A stretch of DNA of 38,376 nucleotides from Guillardia theta CCMP2712 (GCF_000315625.1 NW_005434553.1:1-38376); one strand, 5' to 3'. Positions 1 to 12,400 are shown, counted from the stretch's first letter. A program made the numbers and translations. Notes: generated by a model from the sequence alone, not told the origin.

Positions 1-187
1 GTAGGATCTGAACGTATTGAAGTGATGATAAGGATCTTTATCATCCACATTCTCCCGAGTGTCATTCTTGTCGTACACGCTGAGATGTTGGTAAGACTCC
101 TGCACACCGACAACATTCTGGTGGTGCTGCTGCTGCTGCTGCAACTGCTGCTGCTCCTCCTCCTCCTCCTCCTCCTCCTCTCCTGCA

Positions 188-228
<41 letters not shown>

Positions 229-261
229 TCCTCCTCCTCCTCCTCCTCCTCCTCTCCTGCA

Positions 262-326
<65 letters not shown>

Positions 327-2767
327 TCCTCCTCCTCCTCTCCTGCAACTGCTGCTGCTGCTGCTGCTGCTGCTGCCCCCTTTTTTGCTTTCTCCCTCCA
401 CAGTTCCCTCTCTCCCCCTCCCTCTCCTCTACCTCATTCGTCCTTCTGTCCCTCCGATGATAAACCCCGACGAGTAAACAGACAAACTGTTGATAGGGGA
501 CCTGCAAGACAAGCCTTAGCTGTTGCGCTCTGCCCTCTCCTCCACCTCCTTCCCCCTCTCCATTCTTCATCCCACACAGCTCCCTCCTCCCTCCTACCTT
601 CCCCCTCCTCCCTCCCTCCCTCCCCCCACCCTCGCTCCCTCGCTCCCTTCCTCTTCCACTTCCTCGCTCTCTATTCCTCCCTCCCCCCATCCTTTCTTGC
701 CATCTCCTCGTCCTCGTCACTTACCCAGACAATCTTGTTTTCACGATGCACCTCAACTCACCCTGAGGAAAAGTTAGCACGAAAGATAGACCTCACAACA
801 GGAAAGGAGGTGGACGGGAAGGAGGAGGAGGAGGAGGAGGAGGAGGAGGAGGAGGAGGAAAACGAGGAGGAGGAAAGGGGGAGGGGGGTGGGAAGGTTGC
901 CGGCACACGCGTCACCTGCTCGACTACGAGGACATCGCCATTATCAGTAGAGGCTAGAAGACGATCGCCGGGAGCCCTGAAAACAATGAGAAGACCTCCT
1001 TGTCCGCCTCCTGCAGCTGCTGCTGGTACTGGGTCAGTTGCGCCTCCCTGAGCGCCCACCCACACTTGTTCTTTGAGAGGGTTGCTGTGGAGACGACTTG
1101 CCAAACTAGGGAATCAGTGGGGCGCTTGGTTAAGCTCATATGCCTAGATAAATGATGATTGGCAACCNNNNNNNNNNNNNNNNNNNNNNNNNNNNNNNNN
1201 NNNNNNNNNNNNNNNNNNNNNNNNNNNNNNNNNNNNNNNNNNNNNNNNNNNNNNNNNNNNNNNNNNNNNNNNNNNNNNNNNNNNNNNNNNNNNNNNNNNN
1301 NNNNNNNNNNNNNNNNNNNNNNNNNNNNNNNNNNNNNNNNNNNNNNNNNNNNNNNNNNNNNNNNNNNNNNNNNNNNNNNNNNNNNNNNNNNNNNNNNNNN
1401 NNNNNNNNNNNNNNNNNNNNGATCCTGATCTTTGTCTTCTCCATCTCCCCTCTCCTCCTCCTCCTCCACCACCACCACCACCACCTCCTCCTCCTCCTCC
1501 TCCTCCTCCTCTACCGTGACGAGGAACTTGCTGTCATTGCTGAAGCAGAGAGAAACAAATGTCTTGCAATCAGCATGGGATAGAGTCTTCACTCTCTTTT
1601 CCGATGCCGTGTTGAACACGCTGACCTGTCGCCTCCTCCATCAGACAACTGAGAGACGAGGGATGGAGGGAGGAAAACGACGGAGATAGAAAAAGCGGAA
1701 ATGGAAGGAAGAAAGGTGGAAAGGGAAAAGGGAGGGAGAGGGGCAGTGAAAGAAGAAGCAAGGGATGGGGAAGGAGGGAGTGAAGGAGGGACGAACGAAT
1801 GGAGAGAGGGAGGAGAGAAGGAGCAGCGGAGGAAGCAGAACAGCAGCACGCAGGATACCTGAGAGGTTCCATCCACGAGCTGCTCTGCGACAGCGAGGTA
1901 CTTCCTGGTGTTGGGGGAGGCCGAGATCGCCGTCATCACCTCCACGTTCTCCGGTTGGAGTAGGAAGCTCATCTCCTGCTCACCAGTCACCCGCAGAATC
2001 CTCCTCCTCCTTCCTCCGGCGTGCTCCTGCTCCTGCACCTGCCCCTGCCCCTGCCCCTGCCCCTGCCCCTGCCCCTGCTCCTGCCCCTGCTGCTGCCCCT
2101 GCCCCTGCCCCTGCCCCTGCCCCTGCTCCTGCTCCTGCTCTTGCTCTTGCTACTGGGGCCTTCCCGTGCTCTGCTCTTGCTACTGGGCCTCCCGTTCGTC
2201 ACACTCTCCTTTCACACCTACTTCCCCTACCTCCAACCTCTCCTAATCCACCTTCCATCCCGCATCCCATCTCCCGGTTCGTGCTATAGATCCTCCTCCT
2301 CCTCCTCCTCCTCCTCCTCCTCCTCCCCTCCTCTTCCTTCCTCACCTTCGTCTCCGAGTTATAGACGCAGAGGTGTCGACCAGCCGGGTACGCGATCGAG
2401 TTGTCGCTGGTATGAATCACGTTGTCTCGCACCCCACTCTGCTCCTTCCGTCAGTCTGTCCGCAGCCCAACAGCAGCCTTACCCATGCTCCGTAGCAGTG
2501 CGAGAACTGAAGGAAGGTAGACACGTCCTAGGGGTACGTGAGAGGGCGAGGGAAGAGGAGGTAGAGGAGAGGAGCGGAGAAGGGGAGTGAAGCAGAAAAG
2601 AAGAGGGGAGGGGGCAGGGGGAGAGGAGGTGGGGAGGAGATGAGAGGAGGGGAGAGGAGAGGAGAGGAGAGGAGAGGAGAGGAGAGGAGAGGAGAGGAGA
2701 GGAGAGGAGAGGAGAAGTAGGAAACGAGAGCAGAGCGGAAGAGGGAAAAATGGACCTCAAGAACCAT
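1..2767 (-). CDS. CFAP57: CFAP57/WDR65 (FAP57)-like cilia WD40 protein, 5' exons; gene continues off the left edge
   Basis: Spliced exons read MVLE/DVSTFLQFSHCYGAW/SGVRDNVIHTSDNSIAYPAGRHLCVYNSETK/EMSFLLQPENVEVMTAISASPNTRKYLAVAEQ/VSVFNTASEKRVKTLSHADCKTFVSLCFSNDSKFLVT/.../APGDRLLASTDNGDVLVVEQ/...VPINSLSVYSSGFII. From memory this is colinear with the CFAP57 N-terminal beta-propeller. GT-AG sites flank the exons; the start codon is tentative. Confidence 0.75.
125..376. repeat. Compound (CTG)n/(CTC)n microsatellite with a repeated CTCTCCTGCAACTG junction, intronic
   Basis: Alternating CTG and CTC runs are directly visible. Confidence 0.95.
1168..1420. other. Assembly gap
   Basis: N run. Confidence 1.
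2024..2150. repeat. (CCTGCC/CCTGCT)n hexamer repeat, intronic
   Basis: Visible tandem hexamers. Confidence 0.9.
2651..2715. repeat. (GGAGA)n pentamer repeat, intronic
   Basis: Visible tandem pentamers. Confidence 0.9.
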
Positions 2768-3099
2768 GTTGATGAAGAAGGAGCAGAAGACTAGTGACGC
2801 TAAAGAATCAAGTTCACAGTCGTTCCTCTTCAGGACGCTGAAACATTCAATCCTCGTTTAAAACTATCAAAAAATAATCAGCGACGAAAGAAACTTGTTT
2901 TGCTCGTTTGCTGGTTAGTATGCTGATGAAAAAATGTTTTGTATCCCCCTCAAACTTTCATTCTCCTCCTTCTTTGCCTCATCGGCCCCACCACCTGTTT
3001 AGCTTACCGCTTCCCCTTTATCCAACCCGCTTTATCCTTCTGTCCTCTCCTCCGGCCTCTCCATGTTTTCCTTGGTCACAAAACTTTCCCGTGTCTGTT

Positions 3100-3461
3100 N
3101 NNNNNNNNNNNNNNNNNNNNNNNNNNNNNNNNNNNNNNNNNNNNNNNNNNNNNNNNNNNNNNNNNNNNNNNNNNNNNNNNNNNNNNNNNNNNNNNNNNNN
3201 NNNNNNNNNNNNNNNNNNNNNNNNNNNNNNNNNNNNNNNNNNNNNNNNNNNNNNNNNNNNNNNNNNNNNNNNNNNNNNNNNNNNNNNNNNNNNNNNNNNN
3301 NNNNNNNNNNNNNNNNNNNNNNNNNNNNNNNNNNNNNNNNNNNNNNNNNNNNNNNNNNNNNNNNNNNNNNNNNNNNNNNNNNNNNNNNNNNNNNNNNNNN
3401 NNNNNNNNNNNNNNNNNNNNNNNNNNNNNNNNNNNNNNNNNNNNNNNNNNNNNNNNNNNNN
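3100..3461. other. Assembly gap, followed by a (GTCTC)n repeat to ~3598
   Basis: N run and pentamer repeat. Confidence 1.
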
Positions 3462-3702
3462 CGTGCCGTCTCGTCTCATCTCGTCTTGTCTTGTCTTGTC
3501 TCGTCTCGTGCCGTCTCGTCTCGTGCCGTCTCGTCTCGTCTCGTCTCGTCTCCTCTCCTCTCCTCTCGTCTCGTCTCGTCTCCTCTCCTCTCCTCTCGTT
3601 GCACCCGTACCGACCTTTTCTACCTGGCTCTGGCCCTTTCTTTCCTCTCCCTCTCTCCCTCCATCCATCTATTCATCCTTCCCTCCCTCTACCCCCCTCT
3701 AG

Positions 3703-3947
3703 TTCAATTGATCCCCTTACCAGGGTCACAGCGGCATCAACAACTCTGACAGATGCGCTAGCATATCAGCTATATCATCAACGTCTTCCCGTGAAGGTAT
3801 ACTGCCGGAGGAAAGAGCGTCGGATAGATGAAGTTCACGGGATCAGGGATGGAGAAAACAGCTGCGAGCAGAGTTGATATTGACAGAGGAGCAGAGTATG
3901 CGTTGATTGAGGGAGGGAATGGCATGAGATTCAGAAGCTACAAATAA
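3703..3947 (+). CDS. Possible 3' exons of a small gene whose 5' part lies in or before the gap
   Basis: Three putative exons splice to SIDPLTR/HISYIINVF/PGAEYALIEGGNGMRFRSYK*, with AG acceptors and CTGAC/TTGAC branch points. Confidence 0.3.
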
Positions 3948-4067
3948 CCTTTAATGTGTCAAAAGTCGATGAATAACAGCCTAGCGTCACTACCGATCCT
4001 CCCTCTCAGCCTGTTCTTCCGCTCGCCAAGTTTGTCCTGCTGTGTTTGTTATCACTGAAAAGTTTCT

Positions 4068-7000
4068 TCACGAGGAAATCGATGCATGATGAAAAGCGCC
4101 CAGGAGCTGAAAGCTGCTGTCATGGGGACCCTTCCACTTGACAACTATCTGGTACGGCCCACCTGGATCCAACGTTAGTGCAACGGCATAGGGAAAGGAC
4201 ATATCTCTTACCGGCATTGAAGAAATCTATCTTTACGTAGTGATATCCCACTGGTAGACGCACCTGACCGTCGACGGTCCGGATACCATGAAGACCTCCG
4301 TTGTTGACAACCAGGTCCCCATTCACATAGACGTTCGAGCCGTCATCGGAGCTAGTCTGGAACGTGTATGTTCCCTCCGCTCGCACAGCAATGATTCCAG
4401 TCCAGATAGCAACGAAGTTTGTCTGGGGAAACGGTGTATCCAATGGTTTCTTTCCGTTTCCATAGTTTGAAAAGTCGATTGCAAGCAGAGAGTCCTCCGT
4501 GTTCGGTTTGACGTTTTCAACGTAAGCAGGTATCGTCCCGATCCCTTGCGAGAAGTGCCAGTACCTCCCATGAAAGCCACTCCGGAGGCCCAGGTTGGAA
4601 GGGTCCGGTAGCAGCCCTTCTCGATGGCGAATCAGAACCTGGAGGTTGCAAGAAACCGGCTGGTAGGATGAACCGTAGCTTTTGAGCATGTTCTTGCTGA
4701 TCAGCTCACCTCGGTTTTGTGAGAACTTGGTGCCGTATGCTGATCCATCGGCGAGAACAACCCCGTCAGTCTCCCAGCCGTACATGCTGGCAACGTAGAT
4801 GCTCTTGGCGTCGTTGATGGCGATCTGCCAGCCATCGGGGATCTGGAGACTACTCTGCTGGCATGTGGAGTAACAGGTCTTGTCGGGGCAAACCTTACTT
4901 CCACCGAGGGTCGCATACTTGAAGCCTTCGAACTCGATGGTGGGGAAGTCAACTTTGTTCGATCGCACGATGAGAATCTGTCGGTTGCACGAGTTTGTCC
5001 TCACTCTGCCGTAGGAGTCCCTTTGGAGCACGTTGTTGCCGCAGAATTGTCCGCCGCGCGACCACCTCCTAGTCCACCAGGAGCTCCCATCTGAGAGGAT
5101 GACACAATCTGTTTCCCACCAGTGATTGCTGATGATGCTCTTGCTGATCGCGTTGTTCGGTGCGATCTCCCATCCGTTGGGAACTGACAAGTACCGTGTC
5201 TGACACCGCCTTGGGCACTGGTTGCTGGTACCCATCCTTGTCTGACTGAGAGTAGCGTAGTCCCGATTCTGCAACGAGACTATCCTGTCCGACTTAGCGA
5301 CAGGGAAGCTCTTGGCAAAGTGGTACGCCGGCACATAGACTTCGCGGTTCTGAGTGTCGGGGCCCCTGTACCTCACGAGCATCTGAATCCCTCCTCCATT
5401 CTGGAAGAACTCAGCCTGTGGGTGCAAGTCAAGGCCGGCGAGAAGGAGAGGAAGGGGGCAACCTTGACAAAGTGTACCCCTTGGTTCAGAAAGATGCTTC
5501 CCTCCCGCTTGAGAGGTCCGTGCAGACCATCGTTGGCGACAACCTGCCTCCCGTCGACATAAAGGTTGGACCCGTCGTCTGATTGGGTGTAGAAGGTGTA
5601 TGTTCCACTCTGCAACTCACGCTCAATCTGGAGTTCCAACAAGGACGAAAGCAGGGATACCTGCTTGACAATGATCGCCCCGTACCACAGGCCTGCGATG
5701 TAGTCGTTTGGCATGTAGCGGTCAACGTCGTAGAACGAGTATCTGTTGTAATCTTGAATGTATCGCTGGGTGCCTTCTGCATCCGGGATCCGGGACTGCA
5801 CACGATTCTTGGGGAAGATGGAGAGAGAAGACCCGAGGTGGTAGATCTGAGTATGGAAACCCGGCCTCATGCCCAGCTGCTTGGGATTGAGTCCCTCAAC
5901 GCACTGCAAGAGAGGCCTGGTCAGTGATGAGAAATGCGCAACGGTCTCCGGAACCTGTGGAGGGACGTCCTTCTTCTTGCAGATGCCTCGGTACTTGAGG
6001 TTCTCGCTCGAGGAGATCACGCGCCAGTGGTCTCCTCGATTATTGAAGAATGCGACTGCGTCCCCCTTCCCCTTGGGCTGGTCTTGGGTGAGGTCCCAGG
6101 CTGACTTTAAGTCAGTTGTCATAAAGCATCATAGCATGCTCAAGACCGTAGTAACTGACGGAGCTGCCGTCGACCCAACGCCAGCGATCCTGCAGTCAAC
6201 GGCATGAGCTCAACCAAGGACTTTCTTTAGGCCTCGCGACTACCGAGGGGCTCGAGCGATACATGCCAATGAAGCAAGGCGTGGTGGAGCAGACAGCAGC
6301 GGATGCGGTCATTTCTGTCCACAAATCAGTGGCGTTCATGAACATGCAACATCTCCCACCTTGTGCGTCATGAATGCTTGCAAGATTGCCAGATCCTTGC
6401 TCGCATTTGGCCTTTGCATCCTAACAGCAACACTTAGCCGTGTTCCATTGCAAACTCGTCTCACCGTCCAAGAGGATGCATCTACGTAGAACCAGTTCAC
6501 AGGGTTGCTGAATGCAGCATTGACATATCCCGCGTCGCACTTGCAGTCGGTCACTGATTTTGCATTCAAACTTGAGGTAGTGTGTCCTGGACATCGCTGC
6601 AAAGTTGTCAGCAAACAACAAACAAACCGTGAGAGAAGGGAATCATTGGAAAGGATTGACTGAGGAAGATGAACACCTTTTGAACCCGTTCTCCAGGACA
6701 GAAATAGTCTCCAGGACACGATCTGCAGGAGTTCATAGTCCCGACATATCCAGGCCTGAACGGAAATTGCTTTCAGCACCGGATGCACTCACAGCTCAGT
6801 AGTTCTATACTTGCAAGTACACTGCGGCGATCCGGCTGTACTCTGGGAGTGACTGGGGCAGGAATACGATGATCCACCGCCTGTCTCGCACAAGTAAGAA
6901 CATGGGTGACAAGTAGCTCCTTGGCCTGCCTGGACAGTACGATCCGGCGGGGCATCGAGCGCAGTTCGATCCGAAAGACCCTACAGAGAATAAGGAACAG

Positions 7001-10000
7001 TTCTGCAAAAAGTGTAGAGAACCGTAGAATCCTGCCGAGCACTTGCAATCCTCGATGGAGGAAGACCGGTATGCACTGGTTCCACCCTCAATGACATCGC
7101 AAAAGAGAGTTCAGGTCTAACCTGTCGGTGTTGTCTGGGCAGGCAACCTTGTTCTGACCACCTGGGCAGAAGGATCCTGCAGCACTTCTCAGCTCCTATC
7201 TCCATCTGGGCCTCTTCTCCTCTCCCCCCAACACTGACCTGCTGGGCACGACTGGCACTGGCCGTTGGTGTTGCGGTAGTAGCCGGGCTTGCACTTGCAG
7301 TCGCTCGCGGACGTGCTCAGAGCATCGCTGCCAACCGTCAGCACCTCCCTGACTTGGCCCTCTCACTCAAGCACCTGCGAGAATGTGTCGGGCAGTAGTT
7401 ACGTGCTCCGTTGGCTGGGCAGTAGGAGTCCTTCGGACAGGCCGCACACTGAGGTCCCTGCTGGTATCGAGCTGTCTGAAGGTATCCCGGGCTGCACTGG
7501 CAGTCGAGCGGGCTATCGCTGCCGGCTGGGGCCTGGGAGTTGGCTGGGCAGGATGACTTCTGTGCCCCTCCCGCGCAGAAGAAGCCGGCCGGGCAAGCCT
7601 GGCACGAGTTCGCGTCCGCTCCTGTCCCTCCGTCAGCACTCCTGCCCCTGCACAGCCGCACGCAGAGGCCTCACCGTAGAAGCCCTTGTTACAGGTGCAG
7701 TCTTGTATGGAGGATGATCCGGCGGGACTGCGTGCCGGCAGTCAGACCCCACAGCCCAACCCTCTCCAGCCTCTTCTATCCAGCTTGAATCTTTCTTTGC
7801 TTCTCTCGATCTACCCTGGTGCCTCCCTTTTTCTATTCAACTTGTGCGTATCATGCAGTACCTGTTGGAGTTGGACGGGCATTCAGCCTTGTTGCTTCCG
7901 CCTGAGCAGTAGGATCCTGCGGATGCTCGCATCAATCTCTTGCCCCTCCTCTCATTCCGGACACTGCCGATTCATTCCTCCAACACGTACCACGAGGACA
8001 GATCTGGCACTGGCCGTTGGTGTTGCGGTAGTAGCCGGGCTTGCACTTGCAGTCGCTCGCGGACGTGCTCAGAGCATCGCTGCCAACCGTCAGCACCTCC
8101 CTGACTTGGCCCTCTCACTCAAGCACCTGCGAGAATGTGTCGGGCAGTAGTTACGTGCTCCGTTGGCTGGGCAGTAGGAGTCCTTCGGACAGGCCGCACA
8201 CTGAGGTCCCTGCTGGTATCGAGCTGTCTGAAGGTATCCCGGGCTGCACTGGCAGTCGAGCGGGCTATCGCTGCCGGCTGGGGCCTGGGAGTTGGCTGGG
8301 CAGGATGACTTCTGTGCCCCTCCCGCGCAGAAGAAGCCGGCCGGGCAAGCCTGGCACGAGTTCGCGTCCGCTCCTGTCCCTCCGTCAGCACTCCTGCCCC
8401 TGCACAGCCGCACGCAGAGGCCTCACCGTAGAAGCCCTTGTTACAGGTGCAGTCTTGTATGGAGGAAGATCCGGCGGGGCTGCATGCAGAAGGTCAGGAC
8501 AGTCGCAACTCCTTCAGTGTTCCCCCACTACGCTTTTGACTTCTCTGAGACTGGTCGCTAAAACCATCTACTCCCTTTTTTTCTCAGATACTCGCAGTAT
8601 CATCGTCTCTGCACTGCTTTCCTACTTGCACTTATCATACAGACCTGTTGGAGTTGGACGGGCATTCAGCCTTGTTGCTTCCACCTGAGCAGTACGACCC
8701 TGCGGACCTCCAATCAATCTCTTTCCCCTTCTCTTATCATTCAGCTCTCACCAGCTGGGCACGTTTGGCACTGCCCGTCGAAGTTGCGGAAGTAGCCAGG
8801 CTTGCACTTGCAGTCTTTGGTTGAGATGCTCCCAACGGCGCTGCGGTCGCGCTAATGAGATATGAAGGGGAAGACATCGATTACCTCTGGGTATGTGACG
8901 GGCAAGTGGATCGAACCGAAGACCCCGGGCAGTAAGAGTTCACTTGGCATGGCGCACACGTTGGCCCGACGTCCTTGTTGAAGGAACTCTGCTCGAACCC
9001 AGCGCTGCACATGCAGAAAGAAGCCTTGCTGCTTCCGGGCGCACTCTCAGAATCTTGCGGGCAAGATTGCACGCGTTTGCCGCCAGGACAGAAATATCCA
9101 GATGGACACAATATGCACTGGTGCTTGTCATCTTCTGCAATACCAAGACAGTCATGCCCCAAGAACAGGAGCCTGAGAAGCAAACCATGATATCCTTCAT
9201 GACAGACACAGTCCTCGATCGAAGAAGATCCAGGATCACTGCAAGTCCACAGTCAAAACCATCGTGGAGACCACTGATATCCATTCAATCTCAAGAGCAA
9301 GCATCAACACAAAGGACCAAACCTTGATGAATGTGCTGGACACGATGCTTGATGACTTCCACCTGAGCAGTACGACCCTGCATTCCACCCATCAGTCTGT
9401 CTCCTCCTCCTTGAAGCTTTCCACTCCCTCGCATAGCCTCATTACTAACCTGCTGGGCACGACTGGCACTGGCCGTTGGAGTTGAGCACGAAGCCAGCCT
9501 CGCACTTGCAGTCGCTCACGGACGTGCTCAGAGCATCGCTGCCAACCATAGACCGTCAGCACCTCCCTGACCTTCCCAAGCACTCTCGCACCTATGAGAA
9601 TGAGCCATACAACCTTGCTTGGGTCCGCCCCCTGGGCAGTAGGAGTCCTTCGGACAGGCCGCACACTGGGGACCGAGTGAAGCTCCGTTGGATTCAATAC
9701 GAGAGTCCTCGTAGTATCCAGCGGTGCACTGGCATGCGTCTGGCGAATAGCTCCCAACAGGAGCCTGGGAGTTGGCTGGGCAGGATGACTTCTGTGCCCC
9801 TCCCGCGCAGAAGAAGCCGGCCGGGCAAGCCTGGCACGAGTTCGCGTCCGCTCCTGTCCCTCCGTCAGCACTCCTGCCCCTGCACAGCCGCACGCAGAGG
9901 CCTCACCGTAGAAGCCCTTGTTACAGGTGCAGTCTTGTATGGAGGATGATCCGGCGGGACTGCGTGCCGGCAGTCAGACCCCACAGCCCAACCCTCTCCA

Positions 10001-11651
10001 GCCTCTTCTATCCAGCTTGAATCTTTCTTTGCTTCTCTCGATCTACCCTGGTGCCTCCCTTTTTCTATTCAACTTGTGCGTATCATGCAGTACCTGTTGG
10101 AGTTGGACGGGCATTCAGCCTTGTTGCTTCCGCCTGAGCAGTAGGATCCTGCGGATGCTCGCATCAGTTTCCTTTTTTTCTACAGCTAATTCCAGGCCTT
10201 GACTCTTCATGCTCCCAAAACTCACCAGCTGGGCACGTTTGGCACTGGCCGTTGGAGTTGAAGAAATAGCCGGGCTTGCACTGGCAGTCCTTGGATGACG
10301 TGCTGCCTGGGGGGCTGCTGTACTGATGAGGAATGATTCACAACCACAAGATAGACCAACCTTTCAGCGTTGTCAACACATTGAAGATTGCTTTCTCCTC
10401 CTGGGCAGTATGTGTTGCTGGGACAGAGCACACACACAGGGGGGATGTTCAAGGCCAACGCCTTGGAAGGCTCGAAGTATCCAGCCTTGCAGGTGCAGTC
10501 TTTCGGAGATGTAGACCCGCTCTTGCTCTCAGAATGCTGCGGGCACACCGCAATGCTGTTGTTTCCGGAGCAGTAGCTTCCAGAGGGGCATACTTGACAA
10601 TCATCCTGCGTCGTTCCGTGGAAACCGGCCACGCATGCGCACTCGGAAGCGCCCTGAGAGACACAATCACTTTGCACAAAGCTAGCAGCGTCAAGAAGCA
10701 CCTCTGGGCTGTCAGAATGTGCTGGGCATGGGAAAGACTGTTGTCCCCCAGGACAGTACCTAGAAATCGTCCGTTACATTTCACAATCATTGGCTCAAAT
10801 GCGATAAATTCACATGGACGCTGCACATTCTTGGCAGCTTTTTCCTTTGTTGTAGTGTGCGATTCCGAAGAATCCAGGCGAACAATAGCAATCCGAAGCT
10901 GCATACGATCCTTCAAAAGACTGCGAGTTGACCTTTGGTTGCGTCAGCGTTGTTTCACAGGATATGGCTCTGGCACAAACCGGGCAATCGTTAGCAAGTC
11001 CATCTGACCCTCCTGGACACCACTGGCCCGGAGGGCATTCTTTGCAATCTCCTAATAGTAGGACATTCAGAAACGTCAAATGAAGAACTTAGATCCAAGA
11101 CCTGGCTTTCCAAAGTAGCCAGGATCGCAAGGAAGGTTTTTGAGATTATTTCTGCGCAGCATGTCAAAAGTGTCGTGTTTGTGCTATCAAGACTCTTTTG
11201 CTCACCTGTCAAACACATTGTAGTATGTGCCCTCCCCAAACGTTAGAGGCGTCCCCTGCATTCGCTTGTTACTTTACAACCCACCTGCCACTGGAACCTA
11301 CAGCCTCTGTGTGCGTGTGCCCGGTGAAAACACCTTCCGCAAGGCAGATGTCAGAGGTGAAGGTGAGACATCCAAGGACTACCTGTAGTCACATCGTCTG
11401 GCCCATCATTTGAGAAGTGCGAGATGATAGCTCTTGGCCTCTGCACGACAGCATCGTCAAGCACCGTCCTCTCTGTTGCGCAAACCTCACCTTGGGAGCC
11501 TCCGGGTCTTCCGAGCTCGGCGAGCTCAGGGAAACGAGACTATCGCTTTTATCATGCGCAGAAATCTACAACCGTGAACTTGCCTGGATCTTAGGGGATC
11601 ATGCTGCTTCTCGTCTTGTGTAGCAGCAAACAGAATGAGGAGAGCTGACAT
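4068..11651 (-). CDS. Large multi-exon, probably extracellular protein: many Cys-rich (ephrin-receptor-like/GCC2-GCC3-type) repeats, C-type lectin, PA14, two unknown domains, PA14
   Basis: Repeated CPxGxYCxGG...CPxxS.SPxGS....C.CxxGY units span ~11050-6520. The CTL exons read WTDAKAKCEQGSGNLASIHDAQ/..CFIGMYRS/DRWRWVDGSSVSYYAWDLTQDQPKG..WRV..GICKK. The two PA14 domains contain GTYTFYTQSDDGSNLYVDG and GTYTFQTSSDDGSNVYVNG. The last exon is GGPYQIVVKWKGP...ISS* (TGA 4068-4070). The start is uncertain. Confidence 0.85.
7252..8478. repeat. Near-identical internal direct duplication (7252-7726 and 8004-8478, offset 752)
   Basis: Identical 107-aa ORFs at 7338 and 8090; the nucleotide match includes introns. 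Confidence 0.95.
9763..10166. repeat. Third partial cassette copy, identical to 7531-7934
   Basis: Direct nucleotide match including an intron of ~130 nt; identical 82-aa ORFs at 7540 and 9772. Confidence 0.95.
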
Positions 11652-12044
11652 GCAGTCAGGGTAATGTTGGTATGCATATGACGACGCCGCACCTAGTCCA
11701 ATTGATCCCAATGCGACTAAGTATGCAGGTTTCCTGTTAGACAGTCAGTAAATCTTTAGGGATGGGGAGACACGAAAATAACCTCAATTTCTCCTTGGAC
11801 GGAGGTATCTGGACCGCAACATACTTAAGATCGCTTCCAAACATGCTGTTGCACACGTGAATCAGTGCATTCTTAGCATGTGCGACTTGATCAGAGCATT
11901 CCATGCAGCTTTCCCCTCCCTTCCACAAACTCCATTTCTCTCTCTGTTTGACGCGCGCATGCTGCTGCGTACTTCCCCCCCCGGGGCTCTGCATGCCTGC
12001 CGCTGTTGCGCTATTTCGGGCAACAGCCTGGTCTACCGTCACTC

Positions 12045-12400
12045 AACCACCCCTACCCACTGACCGACTGCCGTTTGCACCCCACGAGGAATTCTCCTGG
12101 ACCCACCCCTCCGTAAAGCCTAGGCTAGGGGGACCAACTCACTACCCCAACCCAAGTCACCCCATCATGTGGGGTAGTGCGACACAAGGTGGGGTGCAGT
12201 AGGATTAGAATGGTAGGGTCATAAGGCTGAAAAGGCGGGGTACTGATGGGGCCCCTACTGCTTCCAACATGTCGATAGGGTGGCTTTCAACCAACAGGGT
12301 GGGGGTACTCAAAGGGGTGGGTCATTTGCTATGAAAAGGAGGGGTCAGTTTATTCTATTTGCGGCGGGTCATCACACTGGTGCCCAACGATTTTCGACAA
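12045..12400. repeat. GGGGT/ACCCC-rich putative dispersed repeat
   Basis: Dense G4/C4 tracts with short motif similarity to the reverse complement of 36230-36560. Confidence 0.4.

Noticed and set aside
22-477. Poly-Leu/Cys/Ser/Ala ORFs, and similar ORFs at 1765-2590, 20516-21073, 23699-24487, 25860-26342 and 34295-34948
   Set aside because: They are translations of microsatellites, mostly intronic or antisense to real genes
7252-10166. Long direct repeats as LTRs or a transposon
   Set aside because: They are in-frame exon/intron cassettes of the host gene; there is no RT, integrase or TSD
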